The position numbers were made by a program, and so were the translations under genes. Positions 13,601 through 24,840 of a stretch of 64,000 bases of DNA are shown piece by piece. The DNA is from Lama guanicoe. Its lineage: Eukaryota. The first letter of the stretch is position 1. Every line of letters begins with the position of its first letter. The notes below the pieces were generated by a model that was given only the letters and a program-made list of their open reading frames with translations, did not search any database and had not been told where the DNA came from. The stretch lies in the NCBI GenBank assembly GCA_013239625.1, contig MU054338.1:1738001-1802000 (forward strand), in the 5' to 3' direction.

Positions 13601-14784
13601 GTGGGGCTTTCCTTGTTGAGAGCTTAAATGGCCTGTGTGTGGGCAACGTGGGTCTGGGCAGGGGCCGAGGGTGAGGCAGGAAGGAAATCGGGGATTCTAG
13701 GAGGGTGCGCACCTGGTCCAGCCCGAAGCCGCGTGGAGGAGTGTGGATGTAGAAAGGGTTGAGTGACGAGCAGGCCCTCACTGCCCAGAACAGAGCTGGG
13801 GAGGTCGCCCCTCCAAGCTGGGAGGCAGACACTGGGAAGCCCCCTGGAAGGGCCCTCAGCTGCGGCTCATTCCCTGGGGCAGCACCCGTTGCCAGGACTA
13901 TGTTAACAGAGGTTGTTGCCACGGTGCAAAGCCGCACAGGGCTGCTGGTCTCCCAGCTCCTGCACCCCCAGAGGGAGTCTGGTCTCATTCATGTCTGGTG
14001 GGGAGAGCTGCATCACGTGGTCCCTGTCCCCGGCCTGTAGGAGGCCGTCTTGCTCTGGAGACCCTGGGTGTGTGGGCCACCCTGGACTGCCCACACATCT
14101 TTCCTGCCCTGGGGCCCTGTTGCCCCCGGGGACTGGGATGCTTAGTGGCCCCAGCACCATGGAGAGCAACCTCCCCATGCAGGGGCCCTTATAGAAAGCA
14201 GGGAAGAAGAGAGCAGTCCTGAGGCCCCCTGGACCTCGCCCTCCCAGAAGCGCAGCATCGGGTGGCAGGAATTGCAGCCTCCCGGCTCATTGTGGACCAG
14301 AGGCTCCTGGCTGGGGAACTCCTTTTGAAAACCGCTCACTGAAACCTCTGCTAACCCTGGGGGCGCACCAGCCACGTGCTGTGGGGCTGTAGCAAAGGCT
14401 GAGGGTGCCTAAGGTGTCGGCACCGGAGCCAGGAGTGCACAGGACGGAAGGCCTCGGGGCCTCCAACAGCAGCTCAGCCGGCCTCTCCCGCCCTCGTCCA
14501 CACCGTGGTGTGCAGGGAGAGGAAGGTCTGGGTCTGGCCCTGCCTCCCATACGAGTCAAACGATTCCCTGGCTAGACGATGACATGGCCACACAGCTTTG
14601 GTAAATACTTTTAAGAGGAGTAATTGTAAAAGTTGTAGCGGGGCCCCCAGGCTCGGGGTGTAGGACCCAGGGCGCGGCCCAGTCCCGGGCAGCACCTCTG
14701 TGCGCGGACAGCGGCTCTGGGCGGAGCTCGCTCCCTCGGGGAGGCGGGGCCGGGGCGGGGCTCCGGCCGGTGGAGGCGGGGCCT

Positions 14785-15519
14785 TCACCACTTGAGGAAG
14801 ACCAGGCCGGCCAGGACAGCGTAGCCCAGCACCAGGAAGAGGACCTTGAGAAGCCGGTCGCTCTTCTCCTCCAGCTCCTTGGCCAGGATCTCAAAGAAGG
14901 TGACGAAGAGGAAGGTGCCGCCTGCCAGGCCCTGCAGCAGCACGGAGGCCACGCTGCCAGGCACGCCCTGGGCACTCTGGATGCCCAGGCCGAGGCTGAT
15001 GCCCAGCGGGATCATGGCGCTCACAGTGACCGCCAGCTTGGCCGCGTCCTTCAGGGTCATGGAGCTGCGGGCCATGCTGATGCCCAGGGCCACGGCCACC
15101 AGCGTCTCGTGGATGGCCACGCCCACGAACAGGCTCACCACCTTCTCCCCCTCCTCCTGCAGGCCCAGGGCCAGGCCCTCGAAGATGGAGTGGGCTGACA
15201 GAGCGAAGACCAGGCTGAGGAGCCGCAGCGGGCTGGAGCGCGTCAGCTCCTGGACACTCAGCCCGTGGCTGTGCGCGTGGGGCGCCCCGTAGAGCGCGTG
15301 GCCCCGCGGGCCGCCCATGAAGGGGCTCTCGTACTCCGAGTCGCTGCCCGCGTCTGAGCTGGCGTTGAACGTCTCCAGGTCGATGAAGGCCGGCCTCTCC
15401 TTGCGGAACGTCAGGACCAGCTGCTCCAGGAACACGGTCATGAAGAAGCCCAGCAGCACGATGGTCTCGGCCAGTGGGTAGTCGGTGCTGATGTGCCCGA
15501 GGCTCAGGACCTTCTGCAG
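14785..15519 (-). CDS. SLC39A3: Zinc transporter ZIP3, last coding exon (LQKVLSLGH...FLKW*)
   Basis: ZIP motifs HSIFEGLALG and HETLVAV, His-rich loop HAHSH; acceptor CTCTGCTCCAG|CTG; phase 0 join with the previous exon gives 313 aa. Confidence 0.97.
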   Translation of the reverse strand: MQKVLSLGHISTDYPLAETIVLLGFFMTVFLEQLVLTFRKERPAFIDLETFNASSDAGSDSEYESPFMGGPRGHALYGAPHAHSHGLSVQELTRSSPLRLLSLVFALSAHSIFEGLALGLQEEGEKVVSLFVGVAIHETLVAVALGISMARSSMTLKDAAKLAVTVSAMIPLGISLGLGIQSAQGVPGSVASVLLQGLAGGTFLFVTFFEILAKELEEKSDRLLKVLFLVLGYAVLAGLVFLKW

Positions 15520-18074
15520 CTGGAGCAGAGGGCGCGGGAGGGGGAGGGGAGGCAGAGAGAGGTTCAGAGGCGGCGGCCGGCCCTCTTCAGCCCACCCAGC
15601 AGGGTTTGTCGCACAGCACCGTTCATGAGCAGAGCACAGAAAGAACCCACTCATACACGGCTGAGAAGAGGAGAGGGGGATGGGCTCATCCTTGACGGAT
15701 TTAAAAAAAAAAGAAACAACTCTATGAGAAAGAGAACTGGCCTCATGTCATGTCCACTAGGTCAACCAGTTTCAAAATACCAGAGGGAACTGCACTGCGA
15801 CCCCTAAAGGATGCATCCGCCAGGAAGCTCAGAATGTGACCTCATTGGAAAGAAAGGTTTTCACAGATAAAATGGAGATGCTGTGAGCTGATCTGTGTCC
15901 CCCCAAAAAAGTTTTCTATATTAAGTTCTCCCAACCCCTAGTGCTGCAAAACTAACCATATTTGGAGACAGGGCCTTTAAAGAGGCAATTCAGTTAAAAG
16001 GAGGCTGTTAGGGTGGCCCTGATCCACTAGGTCTAGTGTCCTTATAAGATGTAAAGAGACATCCGGGACCACCACATGCAGAGGCAGTCAGAGGAGGGCC
16101 AACTGCAGGACCTGGAGAGAGGCCTCAGGAGGTCCAGCCCAGCCAGCACCTTGATCTTGGACCTGTGGCCTCCAGGACTGACATCAAGCAGGCCTCTGGC
16201 CCTGATGCCAGTGGAACTTCCCCGACAATCTGTGCTGTGTGACATGGAAGCCACTAGCCACGCACGGCCCATGAGGATTTGAACTGTAGCCGGTGCAGCT
16301 GAGGGCCCGCATGTTGAGCTGCATCTCATCCCAAGGCACAGAAAGCTGACTGGCCAGGACGGCAGTGGCAGCCATGCTGGATAGCGAGCTCTGGATGCTG
16401 GCCAGTGAGGTGGGCATGGGCTGCCCAGAGCCTGGGTGTTTGTCCCCAGACTCGTAAGAATGTTTGCACACACTGAGACCTTCCCAGCCCCGAGGCTCAG
16501 AACACGCCATTGGCTCTGTCCAGGATGTTCCTCCTCCATTTCACTCGTGGCCAGTGGACACTCAAGCCCTGGGTCTCGACTGACAGATAATTTCCAAGTG
16601 CTCTACCCAGACCAGGTGCCCCGACGCTCCGCGCACAGCACCCTCTCCTGCCTGTCATGGCCTTTGTTACAACCTGTGCTCACACAGAGCACTTCTCAAT
16701 CCAGGGGACACTGCAGCGTCTGGTGATGTTGTGGCTGTTGTAACTTGTGAGAGGAGGTGTTGACACGAGGCTAGGCCATCCTCTGCGGGCCATCCGGCGC
16801 CCTGTGCAGTGCTGAGAGCGGCATTTCTGCCCCTACCCATTCAATGCCAGGGCCCCTAAGTCCTAACAACCACAGATGTCCCAGACATGGCTCGCTGTCC
16901 CCTAGAGGCAGAGTTGTCCCCGGATGGGAAGTCTTGTTGCAGCAGAAGCTTGTGTTTCTGTAGAGAAACCGTCTGTTCATCTGCGCAACATCCTACTTCT
17001 GCTGTGCCCGTGAGAAGCGTGGCCGACCCCAGAGGGACGAGCGTGAAGGGGGAAAGACAAGGCACATGCATCCGGCCAGGGCTTCGGTGCCATCCTCCGA
17101 GGGGTGACCAGGGTTGGGGCAGGCACTCCGGCTAAGGCGTAGGAAGCCCGGGGCAGGGGCGTGGCACCCAAGTGGTCTGGGGAGGATTGACCATGAGAAG
17201 GCCACATGTGCTGAAGGGGGACAGGAAGGGGGAAGGTCACTGCAGCAGTCCATGCCTGAGGCAGGACAGTGACATCACGGAAATGCAGGAAATGGGGGGA
17301 CCTGGGGGCACAGAAGGCATCAGAGAAGACTCAGATCTCAGCCTTGTCAATGCCAACTGTACAGATTTCCTGTGCTGTGTAGCCCAGAAACATATGCTTA
17401 GCAGCGTAAAACAGCACCAACACATCACCTCACAGTCCTCAATGTCAGACGTCCAGGCACTGGATGGGGCCTGTAGATACAGCCAACCACATGGTGGGGA
17501 GGCCCACCTGGCCGGTGACTGAGGGTGGCTCCCAGCCAACATTCAGGGAGAAACTGGGCTCTTGGTGTGACAACCACAAAGGAACTGAACCCTCCTTACA
17601 ACGATGAGTTCACAGGCCAATCCATCTGCAGGTGAACCTTGAGGTGAGACCATAGCTCAGCAGATACCCTGACTGCTGCATCTTAAGAGCCAGGAACAGA
17701 AGACCCAGCCAAGTGGCGATCAGACTCGCGACCCACAGAAACTGTGCGGTAATGAATGTGTTGTTTCAAGATGCTAAGTTTGTTATAATTTGTTACGCAG
17801 CAGCAGCTAATCACTACAGGAGCTGAAGAGAGTCCACAACTGCCAGCTTCAGGACAAAGTGCGTGCTGCCCGGGGTGGGCGGTCTGGTCAAGTAATGACT
17901 GATAAGCCCACTAGCTAGGAACCCCAGGTTAGGTGCAACCCTTTGTTTACCAGATAAGACCCAGAGACAAGAAGCAACCAACTCATGGTCACGTAGCAAG
18001 TACATTTTCTACTTCCCATCACCCTTAGAGTGTCAAGGCACCCAAGCTCAGAGTCAGAGCTGAAAAGCACCAGA

Positions 18075-18440
18075 GAGGGTGGAGGGGCAAGATAGGGGTA
18101 GGGGATTAAGAGGTACAAACTATTATGTGTAAAATAAATGGGGGGAGGGTATAGCTCAGTGGTAGAGTGAGTGCTTAGCATGCATAAGGTCTTGAGTTCA
18201 ATCCCCAGTACTTCCATTAAAATAAATAAATAAATAACCTAATTACCTCCCCACTGCAAATAAGTGAAAATTTTTTTAAAAAGTTTGCTACAAGGATCTA
18301 CTACATAGCACAGGGAACACAGTCCGTAGCTTATAATAACTATAAGTGGGGTATAATCTTTAAAACTGTGAATTACTGTTGTACCCCTATAATTTATACA
18401 ATATCATACACCAACTATATCTCAATTAAAAAAAAAAAAG
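18075..18440 (+). mobile_element. L1 3' end fragment in SLC39A3 intron 2
   Basis: gattaagaggtacaaacta...agcacagggaa...caactatatctcaattaaaaaaa poly(A). Confidence 0.7.
18140..18282 (+). mobile_element. tRNA-derived SINE nested in an L1 3' fragment
   Basis: Same head sequence as the copy at 736; L1 3' UTR-like flanks on both sides. Confidence 0.85.
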
Positions 18441-18466
18441 AGAAGCCACCACCCAGGGAGCCTTAC

Positions 18467-18673
18467 CTTCTCCCTCACGGCCGGAAGTAAAGCATTGAAG
18501 CACGTGGCCAGGAAGACCCCGCCTCCGAAGGTGTTGCAGAGTGAGAGGACCTTCTTTGAACGATGGGCCTTCTCAAAATCTGCCTCGATAATCTTCACAG
18601 GGAGCAGGGAGCCGAGCAGCATGAAGAAGAACACGCCCACCATGCACAGGATTTTGGCCACCAACAACTTCAT
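18467..18673 (-). CDS. SLC39A3: ZIP3 first coding exon (MKLLVAK...AVREK, 69 aa)
   Basis: Kozak GCCACGATG; CNTFGGGVFLATCF motif; donor AAG|GTAAGG; exon acceptor TTCACAG| at about 18804. Confidence 0.96.
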
Positions 18674-19799
18674 CGTGGCAGCAGCCCGGGCTGCTCCGGT
18701 CACCGGTCACTGCAGGGCCACACCATGTGTGGGCGCACACTCTGTCCAGCGACGCGCTAAGGGGCCCAGCCACACAGCCGGGGGCTCATGCCTCAGCCCA
18801 GCCACTGTGAACACCAGAGGCACCCGCATCAGCTTGGATGGGTTATGTGACCAGCTCTGACGACCATGCCCATCACCCCCAGCCCTTCACCCTATTTCCG
18901 GCCTGGTATGTATCTCCCTCCCACAGAAAATTCTCCATGACTGTGCTGTCCAATACAGCAGTCACTAGCCACGTGGGTCTGTGTGAGTTCATTAAAATTA
19001 AATAAAACATGGCCTTGGTGGTCTTTAGAGTGCCAAGCCTGTTCCTGCCTCAGGGCCTTTGTGCAGGTTGTTCTCTTGACCTGGACCACTTCTCTCCCCC
19101 AACCTTCCAAGGATGCTGGTCGTTGAGGTCACTGCCTCCAGAACCCCTTAGGAGCACCCCCTGGGCTGACCCGGCCCTAAACAGCATCCCTTAAGGGTAC
19201 CTACCGAAAGGCCTGGCACAGAACAGATGCTCAGTGAGCGCTGGCTGAACAGATGGGTAAGCTGAAGCATGTGGACCTCTTCACAGGACTCAGTGAGCCA
19301 AAGCGAAGCAGATCTCACCCTAGACCTGAAAATGTCACCATTAGTGCGAGGGGCCTTGGCTGCTCCCCATCCCTGGGCTTTCTCCCCAGCCTTTCAGTTC
19401 TCACTGCCCGCACCCCCCGTCAGCTCAGATGTCACTGGGGCAGGCGTCTCCCACCTCTCCCCCTGGCATGATTTTCTGGCATTATTGGTGCTACGGAGAA
19501 CTACATAAAGTCCCTGAACGTCCTTACTCACCCTAGACTGCAGCCTCCACGGGGGTTAGGGAGTCTATCTTACCCAGCCCAAAGCTAGGTACATAGTCGG
19601 CGCCCAATAAATACCTGCCGAGTGTCCGGATGTCCCCTTTTGTGGCGTGGGGCTGAGGGTGGCCTGGACGCTCAAAAACCGGGGGCTAATGGGGTTGGGC
19701 AGAGGAGACGGGCTCATTCACTCAGCCTTTCGTTCATCACTTATTGAACGCCTTCTGTATACCTGGCCCTGCACCGGGGGCCCGCCCAAGGGGAGACAG

Positions 19800-20330
19800 C
19801 TAGCGTTCCGCTGGGGGAGCCGGATGCAAATCACACAGATCGCATGTAAAGGCAAAGCCAGGGTGGGCGCCGCGGCCGGGCCTCGGCTAACGGGCAACAG
19901 AGCCCGCCAGGCCTCGAGCCGCCCGGCCCGGTCCCTCCCCAGGCCTCTAGCCCCGCCCCGGGCAGCGCGTACCTCTGCTGGGCCCTCGCCCGCCCGCCGA
20001 AGCCGCCCGGCACTCAACTGCCGCGCAATGTGGACCCCGCTGCCGCGCTCCCAGCGGAGCCCCAGCTCAGCGCGCCGCTGCCCACGCTCCGCCCACGTCC
20101 CTGCCCATTGGCCACCCCAAGCGCCGCGGACCAAATTCTCCAGGCCATTGGTTGCTACGGCTGCCACTCACCCTGCGACTCCACCTCTCCTACCGGCTCG
20201 GGAAAGTGGTTTCCTCCCACGGAGCGGCGGGTACGGCCACGGGGCAGCTCCGGTGGGAAACCTCTACCTTAGGGGAAGGGTTCCGGCAGCACTTGGCTTC
20301 CAGAGCTGTCCAGGGGCCCCGGTGCTGAAT
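19800..20330 (-). promoter_or_regulatory. SLC39A3: SLC39A3 CpG-island promoter
   Basis: CpG rich; CCAAT boxes (ATTGG on +) at 20107 and 20147; RFX-like GTTGCTACGG at 20151. Confidence 0.8.
19973..20030 (-). other. SLC39A3: SLC39A3 non-coding exon 1 (5' end approximate)
   Basis: Donor GAG|GTACGC inside a CpG island, downstream of two CCAAT boxes. Confidence 0.7.
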
Positions 20331-21078
20331 CCCATTCGGATTGAGGCTTGGCCATTGACAGGAAACGATTTGCTACGGGAGACTGTCCCTCTCGGAGTGT
20401 CCTCGCTGCTACTGCCCTTCTCGTCGGCTTAAGAAACAGTTTTATCCGTTCAACATCTCTGCCTTCTATATGCCAAGGCCTTTTCTTGGAGGACATCTAA
20501 CAACAAAAGGCAGATCTCTCCCCTTTTGGAGCTTAAGTTCCAGGAGAAGACACAGAAAATAATTAATAAACATAATAAGTAATAAAGTTATGTCAGAAGG
20601 TGACAAATGCCCTGAAACAATAGAGCCCAGTAAGGGTTATCAAGAATGCTGGGTGGTGGGTTGCTATTTTAAATAAAATGCTCAAGTAGACTTCATGGAG
20701 AAAGAGATATTTGAGCAAAGACTTCAACGTGGAGAAGTCATCAAGTGGATACATGGAGGTAAAGTGCTCCATGCAGAAGGGCCTAAGGGTATGAAGGCCC
20801 AGAGGCAGGAGTGTACACTAATGCCAGTGTGGCCAAAACACAGTGAAGTGGAGAGCTGTATTTGGAGGTAAAGGGAGGTAGATCATGGAAAGCCTTAGAG
20901 GGCATCAAAAGGACTTTGAGGTAAATGGGAGCCATTGCAGAGTTTTAATCACAGATGTGACAGATCCAACATATTTTAACAGAATCATTTGGTTATTACG
21001 TTGATGCTGCCAATAGATGAAGTAAGATGAAGATTGAAAATTGATTATTGATTTTTTTAGATGGGGAGAAGGGGCCAT

Positions 21079-21246
21079 TTTATTTATTTACTTTTTAAAA
21101 TATTTTATTATTGTATTATTTTAATTTTTTATTTTGGGGAGAGGAGGTAATTAGGTTTATTTATTTCTAGGGGAGATACTGGGGATTGAACCCAGGACCT
21201 CATGAATGCTAAGCATGCACTCTACCACTTTAGCTATACCCTCCCC
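21079..21246 (-). mobile_element. tRNA-derived SINE
   Basis: Reverse complement of the SINE head with a T-rich tail. Confidence 0.88.
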
Positions 21247-21828
21247 ACAAGAAGAGGACATCTAAAAAATAGCTTGTTCCACTGTCCCATGAAAGCAACC
21301 AGATTTATGAAAGAGAGGACTGTATTAACTCATGTTAACTAAACTCTTTTTGTCAGCCTACCATGAGCCGGGCATAGGGAAAGGTGCCAAGAATAAAGTG
21401 GGAGCAATGCTACAATGTGGATGGAACTTGAAGACATTAGGCTAAGCAAAGTAAGACAGTCACAAGAGGACAAGTACAGTCTGATTCCACTCACAAGAAG
21501 TCCTTAGACGAGTCAAATCCACAGAGACAGAAAGTAGATGGTGGGGGCCAGGGGCTGTGGGAGGGGCTGTGGAGTGAGTGTTTCACAGGGACAGAGTTTC
21601 AGTTTGGGAAGACGAGAAAGTTCAGATGATGGCGGGATGGTTGCACAGCAATGCGAATGTGGTTAATGCCACTGACTGGTGCATTTTAAAATGGTCAAAA
21701 GGGTAAATTTAATGTCATGTATATATCATAATGTTTTAAAATGTTAATAAAATGGAGTGAAAAAAGCATACGCTCTCACAATTCACAATCTAGTGGGAGA
21801 GACAAGTATTAGTGAAATGATAATGTAT

Positions 21829-22403
21829 TGTGGTAGGCAGACTTCTAAGATGGTTCCAGATGATCTAAAATCCTAGGATTCATGCCCTTGTGTAATTCCC
21901 TCTCCTTGACCTTGGGCGGCACCTGGTGACTTGATTCCAACAAATACGATATTGTAAAGTGATGGGATGTCATTTCCACAATTCAATTTCAAAAGACTGA
22001 CTTCTGTCTTCCTAGCACAACTCTCTCTATTGCTTTTTCAGCAGGCATGCCTTGATGAAACAAGCTGAGATGCTGAAGAGGCCCCACATTGCTAGAAACT
22101 GAGGGTGACCTCTGGCCAACTGCCAGCTGGAGACTGAGACCTTTGGTACTAGAGCCAATAAGGAACTGAATCCTGCCAACAACCATGAGTGATCTTGGAA
22201 GGGGATCCTGCTCCCACTGGGCCCTGAGAAGACTGGTGCCCAGCAGACACTTTCTTTACAGCCTTTGAGAGACCCTGAAGCTGAGGACTCAGCTAAGTGA
22301 ACCTGGATTCCAGACCCACAGACACAGGGAGATAATAAATGTTGTTGCTGCAGGCCACTCAGTTTCGGGGTAATTTATTATACAGTAAAAGATAACCAAT
22401 ACA
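21829..22403 (+). mobile_element. MaLR (MLT1-like) solo LTR
   Basis: TGTGGTAGGCAG start, ggaactgaatcctgccaacaaccatg core, ...gataaccaatACA end. Confidence 0.75.
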
Positions 22404-23134
22404 CTCAGCCATTATGGAAAACAGTGTGGAGATTCTTCAAAAAATTAAAAATAGACTTACCATGTGATCCAGCAATCCCACTCCTGGTCATATATTAGCA
22501 GGAACTCTAATTTGAAAAGACACATGCATCCCAACGTTCACAGAAGCACTATATGCAACAGCCAAGACATGGAAGCAACCTAGATGTCCATCAATAGGTG
22601 CCTGGGTAAAGAAGATGTGATGTATTTATATACAATGGGATAATACTCAGATATAAGAAAGAATAAAATAATGTCATTTGCAGCAACATGGATGGACCTG
22701 GAGATCGTCATTCTAAATGAAGTAAGCCAGAAATAGAAAGAAAAATACCATAGGATATCACTCATAGGTTCAATCTAAAGAAAGAAGGAGAAAGGAGGAG
22801 AAGGAGGTGGGGGAGAAGGGGAAGGGGAGGGGGAGGAGGAGGAGGGAAGAAGACACCACAGACATAGAAAACAAACTTATGGTTACCTGGGGGGAAAGAG
22901 GGTGGGAAGGGATAATTGGGAGTTTGAGATTTGCAGATACTAACTACTACATAAAATGGACAAACAACAAGTTTCTACTGTACAGCACAGGGAACTATAT
23001 TCGATATCTTGTAGCAACTTATAATGAAAAAGAACAAGGAAACGAATACATGTGTGTATATGTATGACTGAAACAGTATGCTGTGCACCAGAAATTCACA
23101 TTGTAACTGACCATACTTCAATAAACAATTTTTG
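22404..23134 (+). mobile_element. 5'-truncated L1 with a 17-bp TSD
   Basis: ORF2 end and 3' UTR (gatccagcaatcccactcctgg; catggatggacctggag); TSD aaaagataaccaataca at 22387 and 23135. Confidence 0.9.
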
Positions 23135-24005
23135 AAAAGATAACCAATACATATAAGTAAAGAAAAAATGATAGGTTGCTCTAAGTGCCATGAAGGAAAA
23201 AAAAAGAGAAAGAGAGTTCTGTGTTAACCAATTAAGAGCGGCAAGAAGTAGGGGAGAAGAGAGGATATTTGACGCAAAGGTAGAAAAGAGCTTGCCATGT
23301 CAGAGGAACGGGAAAGGCAGGCTGGCTCAGCGTTGGTGAGTGTTGGGGAGGTGAGAGGTCAGGGCAGTCTCAGAGACCATGCTAAGGCATCTGGATTTCA
23401 CCATCCAAGCAACACGATTCAGTGATGAAAACTCACTGACGAGTTGTAAGTCGTTGAAGGTTGTGATCCAACTGATATTTTAAGGGTCATTCTGAGTCCT
23501 GTGTAAATAAAGGTAGGGTTGTAGGGGAGCAAGAACGAAAGCAAGAAGCCCCATTAAGAGTCATTTGAGCAAGAACTGATGCTCGCTTAGTTGAGGGATT
23601 GGCAGGGGAGGATGAGTTTGAGAAACATCTTAGAGTGTGACTTGGCAGGACCTGGCACTGGTTTGTCTGTGGGCTGCAGGAGTAGGCGGTTGGGGATGGC
23701 TTCAGGTTTTCTAGTTTGAGCAATTAGAGGGACGCTGGAGTTTTTCACTAAAATAGGAAAGCCTGGAGGAGGCATAGACGTGGAAGGTGCTGAAGGACTA
23801 AGTTTGGCTTTGCAGAGGATAGTGTGAGAAGTCTATGAGTTCTTCGTGTTCAATGCCGCCTGCTGCCTGCATGGACCTTGCTTCATCATAACCATGCAAT
23901 ATGTGGTCGCTATCTTTATTATTAGATACAAAGTGACTTGATGATTTTTCCCGTTTTCTGTAATTCACAACAATAACGAAAAAGATCATTCATAATAATA
24001 GCACA

Positions 24006-24840
24006 GAGAAATGCAAGTCAAAACTACGAGGAACCTCCTCACACCAGTCAAGAGTGGCCATCATCAGAGAGTCTATAAGCAATCAATGCTGGAGAGCGTG
24101 TGGAGAAAAGGGAGCCCTCCTACGCTGAGGGTGGGAGTGTAGTTTGGTGCACCATTGTGAAAAATAGTATGGAGATTCCTTTAAAAACTAAAAATAGACT
24201 TACCATATGATTTAGAAATCGCACTCCTGGGCATATATCCAGGGGGAACTCTAATTCAAAAAGATATGTGCACCCCAGTGTTCACAGCAGCACTATTTAC
24301 GATAACCAAGACATGGAAACAATCTAAATGTCCATCGACAACAGATGACTGGATCAAGTAGTTATGATATATATACACAATGGAACACTACTCGGCTAAT
24401 AAAAAAGAATAAAATAATGCCATATGCAGCAACATGGAAGGACCTAAAGATCATCATTCTAAGTGAAGTAAGCCAGAAAGAGAAAGAAAAAGGCCATATG
24501 CTAACACTTACATGTAGAATCTAAAAAAGATACAAATGAATTTCTTTGTAAAACAGAAACAGACTCACAGACATAGAAAACAAACTTACATTTACCAAGG
24601 AGGAAAGGGGGTGGGAAAGGATAAATGAGATTTGAAGATACAAACTACTATATACAAAATAGATAAACAAGTTTCCACTGTTTAGCACAGGGGACTATAC
24701 TCAATATCTTGTCGTAACACATAATGAAAAAGAATATGAAAACGAATATATATATGTGTATGTATGACTGAAACATTATACTGTGCACCAGAAATTGATG
24801 CAATACTGTAAAATGACTATACTTCAATAAAAAGGTTTTG
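24006..24840 (+). mobile_element. 5'-truncated L1 with a 9-bp TSD
   Basis: Same subfamily as the copy at 22404; TSD aatagcaca at 23997 and 24841. Confidence 0.88.

Noticed and set aside
15520..15654. Apparent N-terminal extension of the 289-aa ZIP3 ORF
   Set aside because: Intronic read-back through the acceptor pyrimidine tract; the true N-terminus is at 18673
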